A stretch of DNA of 64,000 nt, from positions 267,530,001-267,594,000 of the forward strand of contig OZ024740.1 of NCBI GenBank assembly GCA_964016885.1, read 5' to 3'. The translations under genes and the position numbers were made by a program. Below, piece by piece: positions 58,421 through 64,000 of this stretch (its first letter is position 1; every line of letters begins with the position of its first letter). The stretch comes from Eledone cirrhosa (lineage: Eukaryota). The notes beneath the pieces are model-generated. The model was given only the letters and a program-made list of their open reading frames with translations, was not told where the DNA came from and ran no database searches.

Positions 58421-59223
58421 TAACCTCCTTGGCTTGTCAGGAACTTATTCAATCAGCTATGGCGAACAGAGGTTATACAGGAATTATATCAAGTTGTCAA
58501 ACAGAACCAAAATATCAAGCTAAATGGGGAAATATCATTGTGGCCATTTAGCCTGTTAGAAACACCAGTCAAATAAAAAAAAAAATATGGAGGAAAATGT
58601 TATATAATGTAATCCTAGCTCTTCCTTAAAATAAACACATAATCATTATAGCTGGAATGTCTTTGGTCATAGATCTGATCAGATAATTGGGCAGAACTGG
58701 GTCTAATCAACAATTAGAACAAAGTACCTTTGTGGCTATGAACTCAATACATAGAGCTTAGTACTAAAACAACATAGCCACTAAAGCAGACTGTTTTAAT
58801 TTTACATTGTGGATGAGGGAAGGGAGTTTCTACATTGAAATAAATATAAAATTGGTCTCTTCATTTTTCTTTCTACTTTTTAACATATCTATAAAATGAT
58901 TCTGCCACAATCTGCTTGTTGCAAGCCACAGTTCTTCCCTAGCACAATTTTCTTACAATTTTTGCACTCTATTTCACACTGTTTTGCTTCTTTCCTTCCT
59001 TAATATTTTCCTCCCTGTTCCCTTACATCTTTTTAATAACCCCCGACACATCCATATACAAAGATACACACATACTAACCTACCTCCTATTTTGAAGGCA
59101 ATTGCTTGCTAAATTGAACTGCTGGAGTTCAAAGTAATTGAATGTAAATGAAAGAAAACTTTATAGTTTGGAATTCCATGTGTTTGTGTGTGTGTGTATG
59201 TATATATACAAGTATATATATGT

Positions 59224-59809
59224 CAGGTCACCAGTTGGTGCTACTGGTAACATGTATCCCAGTACAACCTGTCACATGGTCGAGTCATTGGCGACTAAAC
59301 TGGCAACCCCACCAAGGTTTCTTGGTGAGGAGGGTGACTTTGGACATCCTGCAGGACTAAAAACAAAACCTGTCAAAGGGCAAAGGAGCTCTTAAGAGTC
59401 AATGGCCATCCAAAATCACCGGGAGAGATGACCCCTTAGCCTTTGTCAAGGCAGAATTCTAGGAGAAGGAAAACTCTAATATAACACCTGCAATCCTGAT
59501 GGTATCCAATGATGTTGACTTGTTCTTCTTTTTGGTAAATATCATCTTGGTTAAGAGAGTGGGACTGGCTTTGTGCAGTGCCTTTGCTCACTATAAAAGC
59601 TTCACGGCACAGGCATTGCTTTATATCTGGAGATCTCTCTGCACTTGTCGTCACATGGTACCATGGGCCCAGCAAGTGTAGTGTTTGTACCAGAGTTTTC
59701 AAGTCGCTGGCTGGACTAAAAAGTCACAATCGTTCAGCGCATCAGTAGGGGTTCTCCTACATGGATATAAAGTAGTGGCCGTACTCGAAAACGAGTTGGC
59801 ACCCACCAT
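59224..59809 (+). mobile_element. Non-autonomous RTE-derived element (copy 2, longer 5' end)
   Basis: Same body as 55792-56255 with a ~25-bp deletion; extra 5' part containing GGCGACTAAACTGGCAACCCC. Confidence 0.7.
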
Positions 59810-59817
59810 ATATATAT

Positions 59818-59852
59818 AAAGTAAGATAAAGTTAAATGTACACATACAAGTA

Positions 59853-59896
<44 letters not shown>

Positions 59897-59931
59897 TACT
59901 TGTATGTGTACATTTAACTTTATCTTACTTT
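59818..59931. repeat. Perfect 114-bp palindrome centred on (TA)14
   Basis: Arms AAAGTAAGATAAAGTTAAATGTACACATACAAGTATGTGTGTG and its exact reverse complement. Confidence 0.93.
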
Positions 59932-59968
59932 TTATATATAAACATATACATGCACAAACATATATATA

Positions 59969-60065
59969 CAGGGTGTCCCTAAAAAATATATACACACTTC
60001 AACAGCATTCTAATAAATATTGCCTGTACAGCTAATCAAAATGTGTATACATTTCTTTGGGATAC

Positions 60066-60069
<4 letters not shown>
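59969..60069. mobile_element. Tc1/mariner-type mini-MITE (~100 bp)
   Basis: TIRs CAGGGTGTCCCTAAAAAATATATACACA / TGTGTATACATTTCTTTGGGATACCCTG; TA on the left. Confidence 0.7.
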
Positions 60070-60120
<51 letters not shown>

Positions 60121-61169
60121 TAATTTGACATATTCCCTGTAAAGTGAGATTTGGACTTAAATTTAATATTAGAGAGAGATTGAAAGGTTTGAAATGACCT
60201 TCATGTCTGCGCAGTGATGTTTTAAGGTGGGGTGCTGTGTGCGCATAACTGGCTCCACCTTTTACACAAGGGGTTCATCTGTCATGGCCAGGCAAGCCGG
60301 GACTGTGACAGTGAGGTCCATAGGTTGTAGTTTTTACTTAGCAGTTGCCAACCAAGGCTAAGGAGTATGCCTCTCTTATCATGCTAGTTTGGTTTGGCCT
60401 CAGAGTTTTCGTTCTCCTAGACAAGCTACCTAGCAGAGACATTATAGCATAGGACGAAATGCCTTACATGTATTTGTTTTAGCCTTCAACATAGCACACA
60501 GAGTTCAAATCCTGCCTAGGTCAAATTTGCCTTTCATTATTTCAGGGTTGATAAGCCCTTGTGGCCAATAGAGAAGCCATTATTTCAAGAGCAATAAAAT
60601 ATACTATGAGACTAATCTGTCGTAGGGATTTGGCATTGGACAAAAATGCCTTGTGGTATTTATTCTGCTTTTCTTTGTTCTAAATCCTTATGAAGTAAAT
60701 ATAATGAATTAGCCTGTTTAACAATTGGTGCCTTTATGGAGTTTACTCTGTTTCAAGCATTCAAGCCAGGTCACTGGTTTGAGGATATCTCTCTCCATTT
60801 CTTCTCTCACTAATCTTAGAGGCTCTCAAAATATAAAGGATCATTGGTGAGGCTCTCTCTCCTCCCTAATTACATAGTAAGAAAAATGTATGTATTTATG
60901 CATGAGTACATCCTTAAAAAGGCTAGCTGAATACAAGCTGAAACTACTAGACATTGCAGTCAGGTTTTTAGCTTCTCTCTCTCTATATATATATATATCC
61001 TATGTACACTGGAGCTAATGGTATTGACCATAAAATGCAGAAACCCTGATGACCTCCACTGGTAGACTGATGAGAAGGGACTGTACTGTGTTTCATTCAT
61101 TTTTTCTGTTGTATTTGCCCACTGTGTTTGATTCAGTGTACAATCTTATACATGCATGACACTTTTTCA

Positions 61170-61170
61170 A

Positions 61171-61225
<55 letters not shown>

Positions 61226-61448
61226 CATACTTATATACATACATATATACATACATACATATATATACATTCATACATACTTATATATACATATATACAT
61301 ACTTATATATACATATATACATACTTATATATACATATATACATACTTGAATATACATATATATACATACTTGAATATACATATATACATACTTGAATAT
61401 ACATATATATATACACACACACACACACATATATACACACACACACAC

Positions 61449-61541
<93 letters not shown>

Positions 61542-61594
61542 CACACACACATATATACACACACACACATATATACGCACACACACACATATAT

Positions 61595-61629
<35 letters not shown>

Positions 61630-61636
61630 CTCACAT

Positions 61637-61675
<39 letters not shown>

Positions 61676-61680
61676 CATTA
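61170..61680. repeat. (TA)n/(TACA)n/(CA)n compound microsatellite
   Basis: Read directly. Confidence 0.92.
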
Positions 61681-61736
61681 ATACATGAATGTGTGATTAT
61701 GATTATACATATACTTCTGACATTATTTGCTATCAT

Positions 61737-62129
61737 GGATTGGCAGTATCGGTAGAGGGTCGGACGCCATGCTTTCCAGCATAGTTACGTCCCTTTACGA
61801 TCTGAGTTCAAATCCTGCCGAGGTTGACTTTGCCTTTCATCCTTACGGGGTCGATAGAATAAAGTACCAGTAATGCACTGGGTAATTGCTGGCCTTGTGC
61901 CAAAAGTAGAAACAATTATTTGCTATCATCATAGGGCGGTGAATTGGCAGTATCGGTAGAGGGTTGGATGCCATGCTTTGATGCATAGAGTTACGGCCCT
62001 TGCCATTCTGCGTTCAAATCCCGCCGAGGTTAACTTTGCCTTTCATCCTTACGGGGGGTCGATAAAATAAAGTACCAGTAATGCACTGGGTAATTTGCTG
62101 ACCTTGTGCCAAAAGTAGAAACAATTATT
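61737..62129 (+). mobile_element. Two SINE family B copies in tandem (61737-61920, 61933-62129)
   Basis: A/B boxes and core in each; ATTATTTGCTATCAT is present before, between and after them. Confidence 0.9.
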
Positions 62130-62213
62130 TGCTATCATCATGAATATAGTGATTATGACTACAACTATCATCCATCATGCTCATCATTACTAACATCGTT
62201 TGTACTCTCGTAG

Positions 62214-62245
<32 letters not shown>

Positions 62246-62399
62246 CCATCATCATCATTAAACCACAACCAGTGCCATTTATAACCACCTCCATTGCTAA
62301 CATCAACACCACCAACACCGCTACCTAGGAGATCAAACCAGTGTAAATTTATGTTAGATGACAATCGCTACTTTTATATAAATGTTCACTTATTTTCTT

Positions 62400-62469
62400 C
62401 ACTCTCTCTCTGTCTCTGTCTCTGTCTGTCTCTCTCTCTGTCTCTTTCTGTCTGTCTCTTTCTGTCTGG

Positions 62470-62509
<40 letters not shown>

Positions 62510-62619
62510 GTCAGTCTGTTGGCCACTCTCGTTGTCTCTCTGTCTGACTCTCTCTCTCTCACACTGTCTCTGGTTTTCTCTCTCTATCGTGCTGTCTTTG
62601 ACTGGTTCTCCTTCTGTCT

Positions 62620-62660
<41 letters not shown>

Positions 62661-62718
62661 TCTCTCTGGTTTTCTCTCTCTATCGTGCTGTCTTTGCCTG
62701 TCTAACTCTCTCTCTCTC

Positions 62719-62756
<38 letters not shown>

Positions 62757-62813
62757 TGTCTCTGGTTTTCTCTCTCTATCGTGCTGTCTTTGACTGGTTC
62801 TCCTTCTGTCTGG

Positions 62814-62844
<31 letters not shown>

Positions 62845-62899
62845 TGTCTCTGGTTTTCTCTCTCTATCTTGCTGTCTTTGACTGGTTCTCCTTCTGTCT

Positions 62900-62958
<59 letters not shown>

Positions 62959-63000
62959 TGTCTCTGGTTTTCTCTCTCTATCTTGCTGTCTTTGACCGGT

Positions 63001-63049
<49 letters not shown>

Positions 63050-63200
63050 TGTCTCTGGTTTTCTCTCTCTATCTTGCTGTCTTTGACTGGTTCTCCTTCT
63101 GTCTGGCTCTCTCTCTCTCTCTCTCACACTGTCTCTGGTTTTCTCTCTCTATCTTGCTGTCTGTCTCTCTCTCTCCGTCTCTGTCTGTCTCTCTCCCTTT
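62400..63200. repeat. (CT)n-spaced minisatellite, about 7 units of ~85-110 bp
   Basis: Constant core CACACTGTCTCTGGTTTTCTCTCTCTATC(G/T)TGCTGTCTTTGACTGGTTCTCCTTCTGTCTGG with variable (CT)n. Confidence 0.92.
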
Positions 63201-63826
63201 CTCACTCTCTATGTGCATCTCTTTGTTTTTATTTTCTGTCTTCCTCTCTCCTTTCTTTTTCTCTATTTCCATTTCTCTATTTCCATTTCTCTACTTCTAT
63301 TCCCCCCCCCCCTCTTCATCCCTTTCAATGTATTTTTCTTATTCTCTATGCATCTGTTTATCTACCAATTCTCTTTTCCTCCCCCCAAACCCCACTCCCC
63401 CACAATACCCCCCCCCCCCTTCAAATGTTTCTCACACTTTATGTCCTTTCTCTGTCTATATATCATTCTCTCCCACTCTCTCTCTCTCTTTTTTTTTTTT
63501 GGCTCTCCTCTGACTTTCTTAACATTTCTCCTTTCTAATTTCATGCCTTCTATTTATCTTTTCATCTTTCTCTAACTAACAAGTGTGTATATATGTATAT
63601 GCACGTATCTGAATATATTCATGTGTATTTTTACATACATATGTATGTTAGTGTATTAAATATGTGTGCATGCATGCGTGTCTGCTTCATCAAATCTAAC
63701 CTGGGGTTAAAAAGCAGTAACAGAAAGAACTAACAATAAGGGATCTTCTATATGGTTACTTATGTCAGAAGTAGCAACAAAATCACCTCAGTTTTCATGC
63801 CAACATATTGTATGATGTCAGTTTAA

Positions 63827-64000
63827 CCATTTAGCATTTAAACCAGTCATATCCGGCCAGAATTCTTTCACCTGTTCAAACCGGCTGCTCATACTGAAAT
63901 TAAGGTATTTTTCTCAAAATAGATATCAAAATCTCATAGATTCAATATTATGTGAGATAAAGTGTTTACCATGAAAATATAATAGTACATATAGAGTAAT
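63827..64000. mobile_element. piggyBac-like MITE (cut by window edge)
   Basis: TTAA|CCATTTAGCATTTA; colinear with 14816-15037. Confidence 0.8.

Noticed and set aside
61045-61085. Two CTGATGA boxes in close succession
   Set aside because: No GAAA box or helix III after either.
61737-61820. tRNA gene suggested by A and B boxes (also other SINE heads)
   Set aside because: No cloverleaf; the boxes belong to SINE heads continuous with SINE bodies.
62294-63575. S/L-rich and R/E-rich ORFs
   Set aside because: Derived from the (CT)n minisatellite.

Overview
AT-rich animal genomic DNA. The SINE/RTE/microsatellite repertoire looks like an octopus (cephalopod) genome; this is an inference, not a database match. 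The window is essentially intronic or intergenic. Almost all long ORFs in the track are artefacts of (TA)n, (CA)n and (GA)n satellites. Real coding content: three large 5'-truncated RTE-clade LINE copies plus fragments (RT with a PHD-type zinc finger inserted inside it), one near-intact DD34D mariner with a single premature stop, a decayed Tigger/pogo remnant, and one or two candidate minus-strand host exons. Also present are two tRNA-derived SINE families, several MITE families and large compound satellites. The main non-obvious signal is a set of type I hammerhead-ribozyme motifs (Penelope/retrozyme style) in short non-coding inserts, mostly beside (TA)n tracts; most share an unusual U.U apposition at the base of helix II. 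The window also carries many template-switch scars: fold-back inversions, locally templated insertions, a twin-priming-like RTE inversion and triplicated SINE target sites. All coordinates were read by eye.
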